A stretch of 64,000 nt of DNA from Halobacteriovoraceae bacterium (GCA_963719505.1 CAVRCF010000003.1:32001-96000); one strand, 5' to 3'. Shown: positions 9,140-19,938, numbered from the stretch's first letter. Made by a program: numbers and translations. Notes: a model not told the origin generated them from the sequence alone.

Positions 9140-10633
9140 TTACAATAGATTTGGATATGTGACAACCTTTGCGTTGTCCTGAAGAAACTTTGAGATATCA
9201 GTTTGTAGTTGATTAGTCAGTCCGGTTGATGCAACTTCTTGCTCAGTCTTTAGGGCTTGTTCAACTTCAGCTTTTACTTCATCGTCAGTCATTCTTTTTG
9301 TCACTTTCGCCATCGATATATTGAGAGCGCTCTCTTCCATGATAAAGTCTTTTTTCGCTGTGAAAATCTCTTTTACTTTGTCAGTCGGTATAGTCACCTC
9401 TTCAACTCTTAGGTCAAATTGATTCACTTTTGCCTGCGGTTTGTGAGTAAAACCATATTTCTTTGCAAGAGCTGTTACTTCACCGTAGTTTTCATCTTGG
9501 TAAGCTTTCTCTAGCTTTCCTTTAATGGACTCAACGAGATCGTTAAGAGCTTTTCTATTACTTTTTTGAAGGTGATTTCTCGCCACTTTATTTTGAACTT
9601 CAGAGAGTTCTTTCTCAACAGCAGCCTCTTTATCGGTAACATAGATAATGTGATACCCATAGCTAGTTTTAATAGGTTCAGATATTTGACCCTTTCTCAT
9701 TGAGAAAGCAGCATTTTCAAATTCTGGAACCATTCTACCTTTTGTGAACCAACCAAGCTGCCCACCTTTGGCACCTTGACCTGATGGATCTTCAGTCTCT
9801 TTACCTGCAATCGTTTTAAAGTTCGATCTGGTAAGTCTTTTCTTTGTCGCTTTTGCTTTCTTTAAAACATCAGCCTCACTATTATTAGCATCAATTTTGT
9901 AAAGGATGTGACGGGCTTCAACTCGAGCCGGTTTATTGAATTCTGACTTCATAGAATTGAATAGACCCTCTAGGATCTTTTCATTTTTCTTTTCTTCAAC
10001 AAAGGCTCTAACTTCTTTATCTGAAACCGTAACATACTTTGTTAAGTCTTCTTTTTTTACTTCAACAGCATTAGCAGTTACCGCATTTTTCTTAAATCTT
10101 TGGATATCTCTAATATAACCTTTTGAAGGAGACAAAGAGGAGATAATTGTCGAGATTTTTCTGGTTGCAATATCATTGGCAATAAGTTCTTCGTATTTGG
10201 CAGGAGCAAAGTTATTTTGAGCCAAAAGTGCTCTATACTTATTCACGTCAAATTTCTTATCAGTTAAAAAGTATGGAGTTTTTTTAATCTCTTCTTTAAT
10301 CTCTGTCTCTCCAGCATCAAGATTCATATCTTTCGCAAGATTTAAGATAAGCTTTTGCTGCACAAGCCTATTTATAACGCCTTCTTTTATTCTAAATTGA
10401 CGTATTTGCTGATTCGTTAGAGCCTTGCCTCCAAACATTTGAGAAAAGCGGGCAAGTTCTTGATTATAAGCGTTTTGATACTCGCTAAAAGTTATTGGCT
10501 CACCGTCGACAGTTCCTACAGCACCTTGGCTGGAATTAAAGCCATCAAAGCCTGTGAGAGCAAAGCTGACCATGATTGCACCGAGGAAAAAAGTAATGAT
10601 CACGTATGATGTTTTACTTTGAAATTTATTCAT
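9140..10633 (-). CDS. ppiD: PpiD/SurA-type membrane-anchored peptidyl-prolyl isomerase
   Basis: N-terminal TM, SurA N-domain, parvulin motifs ARHIL, GGQLGWF, MVPEFE, YGYHII. Confidence 0.85.
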   Translation of the reverse strand: MNKFQSKTSYVIITFFLGAIMVSFALTGFDGFNSSQGAVGTVDGEPITFSEYQNAYNQELARFSQMFGGKALTNQQIRQFRIKEGVINRLVQQKLILNLAKDMNLDAGETEIKEEIKKTPYFLTDKKFDVNKYRALLAQNNFAPAKYEELIANDIATRKISTIISSLSPSKGYIRDIQRFKKNAVTANAVEVKKEDLTKYVTVSDKEVRAFVEEKKNEKILEGLFNSMKSEFNKPARVEARHILYKIDANNSEADVLKKAKATKKRLTRSNFKTIAGKETEDPSGQGAKGGQLGWFTKGRMVPEFENAAFSMRKGQISEPIKTSYGYHIIYVTDKEAAVEKELSEVQNKVARNHLQKSNRKALNDLVESIKGKLEKAYQDENYGEVTALAKKYGFTHKPQAKVNQFDLRVEEVTIPTDKVKEIFTAKKDFIMEESALNISMAKVTKRMTDDEVKAEVEQALKTEQEVASTGLTNQLQTDISKFLQDNAKVVTYPNLL

Positions 10634-10787
10634 TAAGAATCCCTTTTTATCTTTTAAATTTAAGTTAAAATTCTATTATCTTTTTGAGTAAAGTCAATCA
10701 ATAACCCCCGTTTAGAGATTGGCATAAGCCTTTCGTTTGGGTAGTGTTGAATGAATATTTAATGTCTTTTTACTGCGCGGTGTTGCT

Positions 10788-11669
10788 TTGAGAAATTTTA
10801 CAGTTGATTCTTCCCGCTGGAAGCTTGCCAATAATATAATTGTCTTGGTGATAGCCTTGTGGGGAGTGTCAAAACATCAATATACCATCAATAGTGTTTC
10901 AACTTTTGAATCATTTTTGATCGAGGCTTTTGCTCCAATCCAAAGGGGAACTCTTTCTGTTAAAGAGAGAATCTCCTATATGTTCGACCACTATATTATG
11001 ATTGTGAACACCTCAAAAAATAATGAGGAGCTCAAGGACCAAGTGGCCACACTAGAGAATGAAATTTTTGGTCTTAGCGAAGTTGAAAAAGAAAATGAAA
11101 GATTAAAACAGCTGTTAGAGTTTGGGAAAAATATCCCAAGAAAAAAAGTTCTCGCTCAAATCGTCTCACTTGACTCTTCCAATGAGTTTAAAGTTTTGAG
11201 GATTAATAAAGGTGAAAGCGATGAACTCAAGCTCTATAGTCCGGTCATCACCATGACTGGGCTGGTGGGGTATGTGTACCGATTGACTCCCAATTATGCC
11301 GATGTTCTCACAATCTTAGATCAAAATAATAGAGTGGATGCCATCGTTGCAAGAACTCGCTCTCACGGAATCGTCGAGGGAACTGCGGGGTTTAAAACAA
11401 GGCTTAAGCACGTCAATAGAACTGAGGCGATAAAAATTGGTGATGAAATTGTCACGGCCGGTTTGGGGGCCATTTATCCCAAAGGCATAAAAATTGGAAA
11501 AATTTCTCAAATCGATAAAGAGAATTTTGGTATCACCCAAGACGTAGAGGTTGAGCCATCTGTTGATTTTAATAAGTTGGAGGAAGTTGTTGTGCTTCTT
11601 GAAGATCCGACTCTTCCAGCGATGAGTGAAGAAATTGAAATCGAACAAAAAGTGGAGGAGAACAAATGA
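10788..11669 (+). CDS. mreC: Rod shape-determining protein MreC
   Basis: TM plus coiled coil ENERLKQLL, INKG, GLVG, TAGLGAIYPKGI; operon context. Confidence 0.93.
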   Translation: MRNFTVDSSRWKLANNIIVLVIALWGVSKHQYTINSVSTFESFLIEAFAPIQRGTLSVKERISYMFDHYIMIVNTSKNNEELKDQVATLENEIFGLSEVEKENERLKQLLEFGKNIPRKKVLAQIVSLDSSNEFKVLRINKGESDELKLYSPVITMTGLVGYVYRLTPNYADVLTILDQNNRVDAIVARTRSHGIVEGTAGFKTRLKHVNRTEAIKIGDEIVTAGLGAIYPKGIKIGKISQIDKENFGITQDVEVEPSVDFNKLEEVVVLLEDPTLPAMSEEIEIEQKVEENK

Positions 11670-12199
11670 GATACTCTGCCTTAGAAATTTTTTATGGAAC
11701 GATTAAGACTTGTCTGCTTTTAATCTTTTTAGAAATTTTTACTACAGCTTTTTTACCTAGTATGGGCATTGAAAACTTTAAGCCTGCTTTTAGTGTTCTC
11801 ATTGTTCTGTTTTTGGCTTTTCGATTTGATAACCCTTTTCTTCCCTATTTAATTTTTATCACTCAATACCTCCATTCTATCTTCTCTATTGAGGGGTGGG
11901 CCATTGGAACTCTGGCGGGAATACTCGTTTCATTGTCGTTAAGATTTTTAAAAGATCTCCTCGATTTCTCTACGGCCATATCGACAATTATCGTTGTTCA
12001 GATTTTTCAATTAGCTTGGTTTGTCTTGATCTCACTGATGTTGTCGATAAAGCTTGGAACATTTGATTCTTTTATAAGTATCTTTTGGCAGTTTGTTCCA
12101 GAGAGTTTTGTTCTATCGATTTGTTCTCCCTTTTTCTTCTCAATTCTTGAGAGGTTTTGGAAAGTTAACCGCTCTCACAGTCACGGAGTTTCAATTTAA
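11666..12199 (+). CDS. mreD: Rod shape-determining protein MreD
   Basis: Hydrophobic 177 aa protein between mreC and mrdA. Confidence 0.75.
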   Translation: MRYSALEIFYGTIKTCLLLIFLEIFTTAFLPSMGIENFKPAFSVLIVLFLAFRFDNPFLPYLIFITQYLHSIFSIEGWAIGTLAGILVSLSLRFLKDLLDFSTAISTIIVVQIFQLAWFVLISLMLSIKLGTFDSFISIFWQFVPESFVLSICSPFFFSILERFWKVNRSHSHGVSI

Positions 12200-14196
12200 T
12201 GTTTGGTGAAGAAGATCTGATCAAGGTTCATAAGGCCCGTGGGGTTCAGGTTGCAAATATTATATTATTTTGCTTTAGCTTAATTTTTATCAGGCTTTGG
12301 TATCTGCAAATCTTTAAAGGGGAGCTCTATCATAAGTTCTCCCTTCAAAATAGACTTCGAAAAGAAATCGTTCGCGCGCCCAGAGGGATGATCTTTGATC
12401 GTAACGGCGAATTGCTGGTCGATAATATTCCGCGCTTTGATGCCATCCTTACAAGGCAGTTTCTTTCTAATAAAAAAGAAACTCTCGACAGACTGTCTGA
12501 TATTTTATCGATGGATGTAAAGGATATTAAAAAGATCATAAAAAAGATGTCTTTTCAGGCGAAGTATCGACCTATTATTATTAAGAAAAATATCAGTCTA
12601 AAAGAAGTCGCGAGAATTGAGACTGAGAATGCTTTCTTGCCAGGTGTCTCGGTAGATACTTTTATCTCTCGTGAGTATGTTGATAAAAATGTTGGAGCAC
12701 ACCTTCTCGGATATATCTCAGAGATTTCCCAAACTCAACTTCCCAAATACAAAAAAAGAGATAATATCGACTACAAGCTGGGAGATTTTATCGGCCAGTT
12801 TGGTATTGAAGAACAGATGGATAAATCGATTCGTGGAACCAATGGTTTTGAATATGTGGAAGTTGATGCTCTTGGAAGAAAGAAAAAGTTTATTAATACG
12901 GATGACCTTTTTCAAGGCGAAGAAAATGTTAAGCCAACTCCAGGGGATAACTTAAGACTGACAATTGATCGCGATATGCAGATCAACGGTTTTAAAGCTC
13001 TTAAAGGAAAGACGGGAAGTGTTGTGGCCATTGATGTTGAAACGGGACAGGTCTTAACAATGGTTTCTACCCCCGCTTTTGATCCTTCACAGTTCAGTCG
13101 AGGGTTAACCACTGAGTATTGGAAATCTCTTATTAATAATGAAGAAAATCCTCTTCGGGACAGAAACATTCAAGAACATTTCTCTCCAGGATCAACCTTT
13201 AAACCTTTTACCGCAATCGCTGCTCTTGAAGAGGGCATTATAGATGAGAACACAAAAATCCGTTGTCATGGCTCTTTTAGACTTGGACGAAGAGTTTATC
13301 ACTCTTGGAAAAAATACGGGACAGAGAAAGTAAATGTTAAAGATGCCTTGATGCAGTCTTGTAATATTTTCTTTTATAAAGTTGCAACAGAGTTAGATAT
13401 TGATGATCTTTCCCGCTACGCCAATATGTTCGGTTTTGGAAGTCGAACGGGAATAAGACTTCCTAGAGAAGTTTCAGGTCTTATGCCAACGAAAGAGTGG
13501 AAACTCAAAAGAAATGGAGAACCTTGGCAGCAAGGGGAGACTCTTTCTTGCTCGATTGGTCAGTCCTATGTTTTAGTTTCAAGCCTACAACTTGCTAACG
13601 CCTTTGCGGCTATCGCAACCAAAGGGAAACTTTTTAAACCCTACGTTGTTAAAGATGTTGTGGATAATAATGGCAACGTTTTAAAAACAAATGAGCCAGA
13701 GTTGATAAGAAATATTGAATTAAAAGAGAGTACTTGGAATAGCGTTCGGGAAGGTCTTTATCGAGTCATGAATGAACCCAAGGGTACTGGATGGTGGAGA
13801 AGAGGCGCTGGAAATCAGATGGCCGGAAAAAGTGGAACCTCTCAGGTTATACGGGCTCAAAGTGCTGATCAGCTTTACTCAAAATGTAAGGATATGGATT
13901 ACAAGTTTAGACACCACGGAGTCTTTGTTGCTTTTGCACCTTTTGATGATCCCAAAATTGCCGTGGCTGCTCTGGTAGAACACGGTTGTGGTGGCTCTAG
14001 TGCCGCTGCTCCAGTAGTGGAGAAAGTCGTGAGCACCTATATGGAAAAATATTTTCCAGAGAAAAAAGAAAAATTCGCTGTCATGGAAAAAAAGCAGTTT
14101 TTAAGTTTTATTAGAAAACGAAATGCAGCGAAAGCAAAAGCTGAGCAAGAAGCAGTCGAAGAGAGCGAGGTGGAAGTTGAATCAAACGATAATTAA
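12199..14196 (+). CDS. mrdA: Penicillin-binding protein 2
   Basis: APRGMIFDR, PGSTFK (SxxK), SCN, KSG motifs. Confidence 0.95.
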   Translation: MFGEEDLIKVHKARGVQVANIILFCFSLIFIRLWYLQIFKGELYHKFSLQNRLRKEIVRAPRGMIFDRNGELLVDNIPRFDAILTRQFLSNKKETLDRLSDILSMDVKDIKKIIKKMSFQAKYRPIIIKKNISLKEVARIETENAFLPGVSVDTFISREYVDKNVGAHLLGYISEISQTQLPKYKKRDNIDYKLGDFIGQFGIEEQMDKSIRGTNGFEYVEVDALGRKKKFINTDDLFQGEENVKPTPGDNLRLTIDRDMQINGFKALKGKTGSVVAIDVETGQVLTMVSTPAFDPSQFSRGLTTEYWKSLINNEENPLRDRNIQEHFSPGSTFKPFTAIAALEEGIIDENTKIRCHGSFRLGRRVYHSWKKYGTEKVNVKDALMQSCNIFFYKVATELDIDDLSRYANMFGFGSRTGIRLPREVSGLMPTKEWKLKRNGEPWQQGETLSCSIGQSYVLVSSLQLANAFAAIATKGKLFKPYVVKDVVDNNGNVLKTNEPELIRNIELKESTWNSVREGLYRVMNEPKGTGWWRRGAGNQMAGKSGTSQVIRAQSADQLYSKCKDMDYKFRHHGVFVAFAPFDDPKIAVAALVEHGCGGSSAAAPVVEKVVSTYMEKYFPEKKEKFAVMEKKQFLSFIRKRNAAKAKAEQEAVEESEVEVESNDN

Positions 14197-15286
14197 CTAT
14201 CTTAAAAGGTACGACTACAGTTTTCTTGTAAGTATGTTGGTCATTTTTATTATTGGAATTTTAAATCTCTACTCGGCGACTCATGCTCACACTAGTGAAA
14301 CAATGCAAAACCTTTATAAGTCACAGCTTATGTGGTTTGTTCTGGCCAATATCACAGCTTTTGCTGTGTCTTTATTTCCGCCTAAATCTCTTTTTCGATT
14401 CTCTTATTGGATTTACGCGCTCAATGTTTTTCTTTTAATTCTCGTCCTCGTTATGGGGAAAAAGGGAATGGGGGCGCAAAGATGGCTTGTGATAGGTGGT
14501 TTTAGACTCCAGCCTTCAGAGCTGATGAAAATATCCGTGGCTTTGGCCTTGGCGCGCTTTTACGCGAAAAGTAATCCAGAAAGAGAGCTTTATTTAAAAG
14601 ATCTCATCATTCCTTTTTTAATGACTATTGTGCCAACTGTTCTGATTGTCCTGCAACCAGATCTTGGGACTGGACTTCTTTTACTTTTGATCTTTCTCGT
14701 TATCACCTTCTATAAAAGACTTCGCTGGAAATCTATTGGTATTCTCGCTGTGATGGGTATTGTCGGTGGACTACTCATGTATAACTTTGGTTTGAAAGAG
14801 TACCAAAGAAAAAGGATTCTCACCTTCATTGATCCCCAAGCTGATGCCAAGGGGTCAGGATATAATGCAATCCAGTCACAAATTGCTATTGGCTCCGGAA
14901 GAATTATGGGAAAGGGTTTTAAAAACTCTTCTCAAGCTTCATTAAATTATCTTCCTGAAAATCATACAGACTTTGTGTTCTCAATTTTTAATGAAGAGCA
15001 CGGATTTTTCGGATCCATCGTTTTGGTAGCTCTTTATATTATTCTGATCATGCGCTTTATTTGGCTGTCCAGTTCGGTGCTGAGGTTTTACGAGTCGGTG
15101 CTGGCCATTGGGATCATGTCCATTTTCTTTTGGCATACCTTTATAAACATGTCGATGGTAATGGGGCTGATGCCCATTGTGGGTCTGCCTCTGCCTTTCA
15201 TGAGCTACGGGGGATCCAGTCTCCTAACCTTTGGAATCTGTATAGGAATTGCGACCTCATTGAGTAATGCACGAAATCTCTTTTAA
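14177..15286 (+). CDS. rodA: Rod shape-determining SEDS protein RodA
   Basis: GAQRWL, QPSE, LQPDLGT, LPENHTDF, PFMSYGGSS; likely TTG start at 14177 after GAGGTGG. Confidence 0.93.
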   Translation: MNQTIINYLKRYDYSFLVSMLVIFIIGILNLYSATHAHTSETMQNLYKSQLMWFVLANITAFAVSLFPPKSLFRFSYWIYALNVFLLILVLVMGKKGMGAQRWLVIGGFRLQPSELMKISVALALARFYAKSNPERELYLKDLIIPFLMTIVPTVLIVLQPDLGTGLLLLLIFLVITFYKRLRWKSIGILAVMGIVGGLLMYNFGLKEYQRKRILTFIDPQADAKGSGYNAIQSQIAIGSGRIMGKGFKNSSQASLNYLPENHTDFVFSIFNEEHGFFGSIVLVALYIILIMRFIWLSSSVLRFYESVLAIGIMSIFFWHTFINMSMVMGLMPIVGLPLPFMSYGGSSLLTFGICIGIATSLSNARNLF

Positions 15287-15373
15287 CTGTTAAATCCAAG
15301 ACTTAGGCTAAGCATTGATGTAGAAGTTACACGTTGCGTTGTGGCTGGTCTTACTTTAGTGTATTCCTAATGG

Positions 15374-17671
15374 ATGAAAGTTTTTATCCCTCTATTCGTG
15401 GCCGTTTTTGGTCTTAATGCACTAGCTGTCGACTCTAGTGGATTGCTGCTTTCTGCCTTTTGTCCAAATACAGGAACTCAGACCGCTCAGGCTTTAAACC
15501 AAAGTCAGCAACTGGGAAATATCGTTGAGATCCTCAAAACTGATCCCGAGTGTAGTGGCTTAGCCTCTGGAACTCAGAATCTTATTAATAACGTGGCTTC
15601 ACTTGAGAGTATTAGAACTTCAGCGGACGAGACTTCAAGGATAAGAGAAAAGCTAGAACTCTTTGAAGAAAATGCAGCGATTGAAAGATCAAATATTTTG
15701 GCCAATTTTGAGGCACAATTTCAAGCACAGTATATGGCCGATAATCCAAGTGCAACAACATCTGAAGTTGAGCAGCAAGTATCGTTAGCGGTTGGCGGCC
15801 ATGTTCCTTACTCTGATTATTTGAGCTCCCTTGAACTGACAGTCAACGAGTTGAGAATTGAACAATTTTCTAATAGGCTAGAAGTGGGTTTTGATGCCGA
15901 TGATAGAGCAGTTGAGCATCAACAAATTGCTCTCATTCAATCAAATATGAGCTCACTCCTATCGACTCTTTCAACCTCAACAAGTTGTACGAATGCGAAT
16001 GAATCAATCGCTCCAGCGGTTGTATCAAATGTCTTGGGCTTGGCCTCATCGGTTATTCCCGGTATCGTCGGCTCAGTGGTGGGCCTTGGGGCAAGTATCG
16101 TCAATGGTTCAGCTCAACTTATTAGAAACTTAAAGTATAACGGTCTCTCTCGTTCGGTAGAGAGAAACCAGATGAAGCAAGCCCTAAGCTGCACTTTCGA
16201 GGGGCTTACGAATACTTATTGTAAAGCTCAAGATAGTTTAAACCTCATTAAATACAACCAAGAAATGGAAAGAGATAACTGCTTCACTTCAGATTGTAAG
16301 CTTTTGAAAGTGGGGATAGATCTTCTTTCAAAAAAATCAAATTCTCTTAACTCCTGGATCAATCTTATTATTTCTGGTGCAACGCCAAGTAATGCTGATG
16401 CCGTTTTTACTTATGAGCGTGCCATTAATCTCCAAGCGAGATTTAATATCAACACGCAAGAACTTGAAGGTGTCCTCAATGGTGCAAGAAATGAGCTTTC
16501 CAGACCGGGTGCCAGAGAGACGACAATTTTGAGAAACTTAATGGAAACACTTGCAACTAGAGTGGCCTTTAGATCTTTCGAAGAAGGAAATTCATTTGGT
16601 ACTGGGAGAGCACTTCCGTATGCCGACTTCTTTCAAAGAAACGGAGATAAGGAATGTGGTGCCTTTGCTTACTTCTTTAATCCTGATCGAGATGACCGTC
16701 AGCTAGAAGAGAGAGATGCAACCAACGGAGAGTCTTGTATTGTCGCTGCAAATAATACTTATCCACTGCCACTGACTGTATCAATCGCTGAACTTCAAGA
16801 AAGGGTAAGGCTTCTTACTGAAGAAACATCAGCTACAGTGGCTTTTCAGGTTCAATTGGTCTCAGAGGAGAACACAAGTAGTATTCTTTCTCGTTACGAA
16901 TCAGTAGATAATCTCTTTAACTCTTCACCAAAAAGATTTCTTAAAGACCTTAGGAAATACTATGCAGACTTTGAAAGCTACCTAGATAAAAATGACATAG
17001 ATAGACCTCTATTGAGAAACTATATTGAAAGAGCTGTTAACCAGTCTGCTAAAGTTGAAACTATTATTCGCGCAAACAGTTGCACTGATTTTGACGATGT
17101 CGCTGATGATTGTGATGTTGAAACAACAAAGCTCACTTTACTTAGAAGAACTCTCGCTCCAAGTCAGCAGGTTCTATCAGTTCAAAATTCTTTAAGAGGA
17201 ATCTTTAGAGAGCACGTTGAGATCTCTAAACTCAATAATGATATCTCTGATGAAGATCTCCTTCTTCTTTTAGATACAAGTACTGAAGATAGTTCAAATA
17301 TACTCGCACGAAATAATTTGGACCAACAAGCTGTTCTTGAAGATGCTGATACGGCAAAAAGTATATCCAAAGGAAATTTGAAAAATTTCTGGGATATTTT
17401 TGAGCGCGGAATTTATGGAACCTTAAAAGAGCTAAGAAGAGATGGAGACTTAAACGTTTTAGGTCGACTATGCGTGAGAGCTGCCATTTCTCCTTTGTCA
17501 AAAAGACAGTATCGAAAACTCACCAAGTATTGTGGTGGGACAGTTTACAAAAGCGTTAATCCAAAGATTGCTGATATTAAGTTTGATGACGTGATTAACA
17601 AAGCCTTTGAGTCTAAAGCTTGTTCAGTCTTCAACTTTAAAAGAAGACAGTTATTTCTTAATAACAACTAG
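15374..17671 (+). CDS. Large secreted Cys-containing hypothetical protein
   Basis: Signal peptide ending ALA, 765 aa ORF, paired cysteines; no family recognised. Confidence 0.8.
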   Translation: MKVFIPLFVAVFGLNALAVDSSGLLLSAFCPNTGTQTAQALNQSQQLGNIVEILKTDPECSGLASGTQNLINNVASLESIRTSADETSRIREKLELFEENAAIERSNILANFEAQFQAQYMADNPSATTSEVEQQVSLAVGGHVPYSDYLSSLELTVNELRIEQFSNRLEVGFDADDRAVEHQQIALIQSNMSSLLSTLSTSTSCTNANESIAPAVVSNVLGLASSVIPGIVGSVVGLGASIVNGSAQLIRNLKYNGLSRSVERNQMKQALSCTFEGLTNTYCKAQDSLNLIKYNQEMERDNCFTSDCKLLKVGIDLLSKKSNSLNSWINLIISGATPSNADAVFTYERAINLQARFNINTQELEGVLNGARNELSRPGARETTILRNLMETLATRVAFRSFEEGNSFGTGRALPYADFFQRNGDKECGAFAYFFNPDRDDRQLEERDATNGESCIVAANNTYPLPLTVSIAELQERVRLLTEETSATVAFQVQLVSEENTSSILSRYESVDNLFNSSPKRFLKDLRKYYADFESYLDKNDIDRPLLRNYIERAVNQSAKVETIIRANSCTDFDDVADDCDVETTKLTLLRRTLAPSQQVLSVQNSLRGIFREHVEISKLNNDISDEDLLLLLDTSTEDSSNILARNNLDQQAVLEDADTAKSISKGNLKNFWDIFERGIYGTLKELRRDGDLNVLGRLCVRAAISPLSKRQYRKLTKYCGGTVYKSVNPKIADIKFDDVINKAFESKACSVFNFKRRQLFLNNN

Positions 17672-17674
17672 AGG

Positions 17675-17690
17675 TGGCATTCTTTTTGCT
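17675..17690 (+). promoter_or_regulatory. sigma54 (-24/-12) promoter
   Basis: TGGCAT-TCTTT-TTGCT, close match to TGGCAC-N5-TTGCW. Confidence 0.7.
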
Positions 17691-17747
17691 TCTTAAAGGG
17701 TAGTGAGACGAGATTCACTACCTACACAGACGGAAAAAGGAATAAAT

Positions 17748-17972
17748 ATGTCTAAACTTTTAACAGTTGTTGCCCTTATTAGCAGTATTTCCTATACATC
17801 TTTGGCCTTCGGATTTGACCATATTTTGCCAGGACAGTTATCGACAAAGGGCTTAGTCAGAATGAGTCTTTGGTATGAAGGAGTTGATTCTCAGGCTGAA
17901 GCAACAGAAAATCAGGAGCTTAAGGGGCATAAAATCTCTGAAGAGCTTGATAGAGCCCTCTCGGATCTCTAA
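17748..17972 (+). CDS. Small secreted hypothetical protein
   Basis: AAGGA RBS, ATG 17748, signal-peptide-like N-terminus. Confidence 0.65.
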   Translation: MSKLLTVVALISSISYTSLAFGFDHILPGQLSTKGLVRMSLWYEGVDSQAEATENQELKGHKISEELDRALSDL

Positions 17973-17991
17973 ACAAAAAAAAGTATGACTT

Positions 17992-18020
17992 TGATACTAT
18001 ATCGTACTATTATAGTATCA
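17992..18020. promoter_or_regulatory. Inverted repeat, probable MarR autoregulatory operator
   Basis: TGATACTATA-N9-TATAGTATCA, a perfect 10-bp inverted repeat ending on the A of the start codon. Confidence 0.6.
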
Positions 18021-18478
18021 TGAAGAAGATTTCAATTATTGGAAGCCTATTAAAAAAAATCTACAGAAAGTTCAATTCAGATCTTCTTGAAGCCCTTCAA
18101 GCTAAGGGTTTTCTTGACCTAAGACCAAGCTTTTTAGAAATTCTCTTATTCGTCTGTGACGTTGATGCGCCATCGATTAAAGAGATTGGTTTTGCCTGTG
18201 GCCTAAAAAAACAAACCATGACAAGTCATCTCAATGAGTTGGAAAAAAGAGGGTATATTACTCGTCAACCAAGTCTTAGTGATAAAAGAGAGCTCAACGT
18301 TTACCTTACAGAGTATGGTCAAAAATTTAAGGTTATTTTGTTAGAAGTTATTACGGATTTGGAACAGAACTATCTCAATTCGATCGGAGAGGTGGAATTA
18401 GAGCGGATTGCTCATACACTCGATAATTTTCATACTAAAATTTATTCCCACGATTTGGAACAACAGACACTTATTTAA
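18020..18478 (+). CDS. MarR-family transcriptional regulator
   Basis: wHTH KQTMTSHLNELEKRGYITR..DKRE..VYLTEYG. Confidence 0.9.
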   Translation: MKKISIIGSLLKKIYRKFNSDLLEALQAKGFLDLRPSFLEILLFVCDVDAPSIKEIGFACGLKKQTMTSHLNELEKRGYITRQPSLSDKRELNVYLTEYGQKFKVILLEVITDLEQNYLNSIGEVELERIAHTLDNFHTKIYSHDLEQQTLI

Positions 18479-18999
18479 GCAACTTCTTTAAGAACAGTTT
18501 TTTGAACTTTCGATTCTGGCCAATACTTATACCCACCTGAGACATTGTTAACATTATAGAATCCCAAATGATTTAAAAGCTCACAAGCAAGTATTGAACT
18601 TACGCCATCTTCGCTTATGACGAGAATTGGAGTCGCTTTGTTGATGATCTCACTATATCTAAAATTGAGTTCATCAAAAGGGATGTGAAGAGCTTCTTCT
18701 ATTTGTGTCGAGGGTTGAAAACCTTCAGCGCTAACATCTAAAACAATAAATTGTGAGTCCTGCTTTTGAAAAAACTTATAAGCAGATTCAGGAGACATAT
18801 CATTATACTTTCTACCGTTGAGAATATAATCGTCTGATAGCTTTTCACCATTTTTAACACGCAAAAGATGGCATCTTTCAATTTCTTGATAGGTCTCAAG
18901 TTTTTGATTGAGTTGAATAATTTGCTGTTGTAAATCCACCACCGTATTGGAGAGATTGTTAATAGCATAAAAGACATTTTTCTGTAGTTTTGTTTTCAT
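18475..18999 (-). CDS. Rhodanese-like domain protein with N-terminal coiled coil
   Basis: VLDVS, ALHIP, LGFYNVNNVSGGYKYW; Ser at the usual catalytic Cys position. Confidence 0.75.
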   Translation of the reverse strand: MKTKLQKNVFYAINNLSNTVVDLQQQIIQLNQKLETYQEIERCHLLRVKNGEKLSDDYILNGRKYNDMSPESAYKFFQKQDSQFIVLDVSAEGFQPSTQIEEALHIPFDELNFRYSEIINKATPILVISEDGVSSILACELLNHLGFYNVNNVSGGYKYWPESKVQKTVLKEVA

Positions 19000-19007
19000 C
19001 ACCTTCT

Positions 19008-19035
19008 TTATCGGCGAAAAAATCAAAGAGCTTTA
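19008..19035 (-). promoter_or_regulatory. sigma28 (FliA)-like promoter
   Basis: Minus strand TAAA-N16-GCCGATAA; both boxes match consensus. Confidence 0.7.
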
Positions 19036-19038
19036 GTC

Positions 19039-19926
19039 CTAAAAGAAAGGATAAATAGTACCAAAGTGAATTTGTCCGATAATGATTGAAGCCAAAAAGG
19101 CACAGGTCAGGAAGAGGGCTCCCTCGTATATACCCTGTCCAGTGTGAAGAGCATCATTATCTTCGGTTGTATGAATAGGGTTGATTTTAAAGATATATCC
19201 GATACCAAATCTAAATATTGGTAAGATCAAAGCTCCTAAAAGAACTTTTAAGATGACTTGGATGCAGTATGAGGTGATATCGTGGTGCTCATGAGAGAAA
19301 GCTGCACTAATAAGGACGGTATTTCCCATAAGAAAGCCACTGTAGGAGACGGCCAATCCAATATTTTTCTGAATCATAAGACTATTAAAGGTGAGGCTTG
19401 AGGCGTACTTGTAAAGTTTAGTGGCAAACCCAAAAATGACGAGGGCGAAGAGCCACAGGATCATGAGAATAACCAAAGAAGTCTCCGACTCTTTAAAAAT
19501 AGTTCGAATGATATAGGCCAGACAAATTGATAGAGTGAAACTCACAATACCGTAGGCCATATTCTTTTTCTTCAGCACTTCAGTTTTATACTCGAAATTA
19601 TAAAGAATAATACTTTCCATAATCCAAATGGATAAAAGATAAAGGACAAAACCTATAATCCCCCACACAAAAAAGTGGAAAGAGCTTATAAAGACTCCAA
19701 TATACTCGTTGAATTCAAGTGTTGAAAAAATTAGGGAGACTCCAATAAGTCTTGAAAAAATATGCAGAGTATCTACTGGATTCTCAGAAGGGTAAATCTT
19801 TTTCAAGATTTGCTTTTTCTTCGATGGATAAAATATCGTATGAGCGTACTTATATAAAAAGAGGGCTATACAGATAAAGCATGTAAAAAGGATTCTAATT
19901 AATAGTTTATCAAAAATTTCATTCAT
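19039..19926 (-). CDS. DUF350-type membrane protein
   Basis: Duplicated multi-TM module with KKKNMAYG and QKNIGLAV signatures. Confidence 0.7.
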   Translation of the reverse strand: MNEIFDKLLIRILFTCFICIALFLYKYAHTIFYPSKKKQILKKIYPSENPVDTLHIFSRLIGVSLIFSTLEFNEYIGVFISSFHFFVWGIIGFVLYLLSIWIMESIILYNFEYKTEVLKKKNMAYGIVSFTLSICLAYIIRTIFKESETSLVILMILWLFALVIFGFATKLYKYASSLTFNSLMIQKNIGLAVSYSGFLMGNTVLISAAFSHEHHDITSYCIQVILKVLLGALILPIFRFGIGYIFKINPIHTTEDNDALHTGQGIYEGALFLTCAFLASIIIGQIHFGTIYPFF

Positions 19927-19938
19927 CTTTTATTTCCT

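Noticed and set aside
10634-10788. mreB missing before mreC; TGGCAT-N5-TTTCG sigma54-like motif at 10720
   Set aside because: Separation of mreB from mreCD is known in Bdellovibrio; the motif lacks the conserved -12 G, so it was not called
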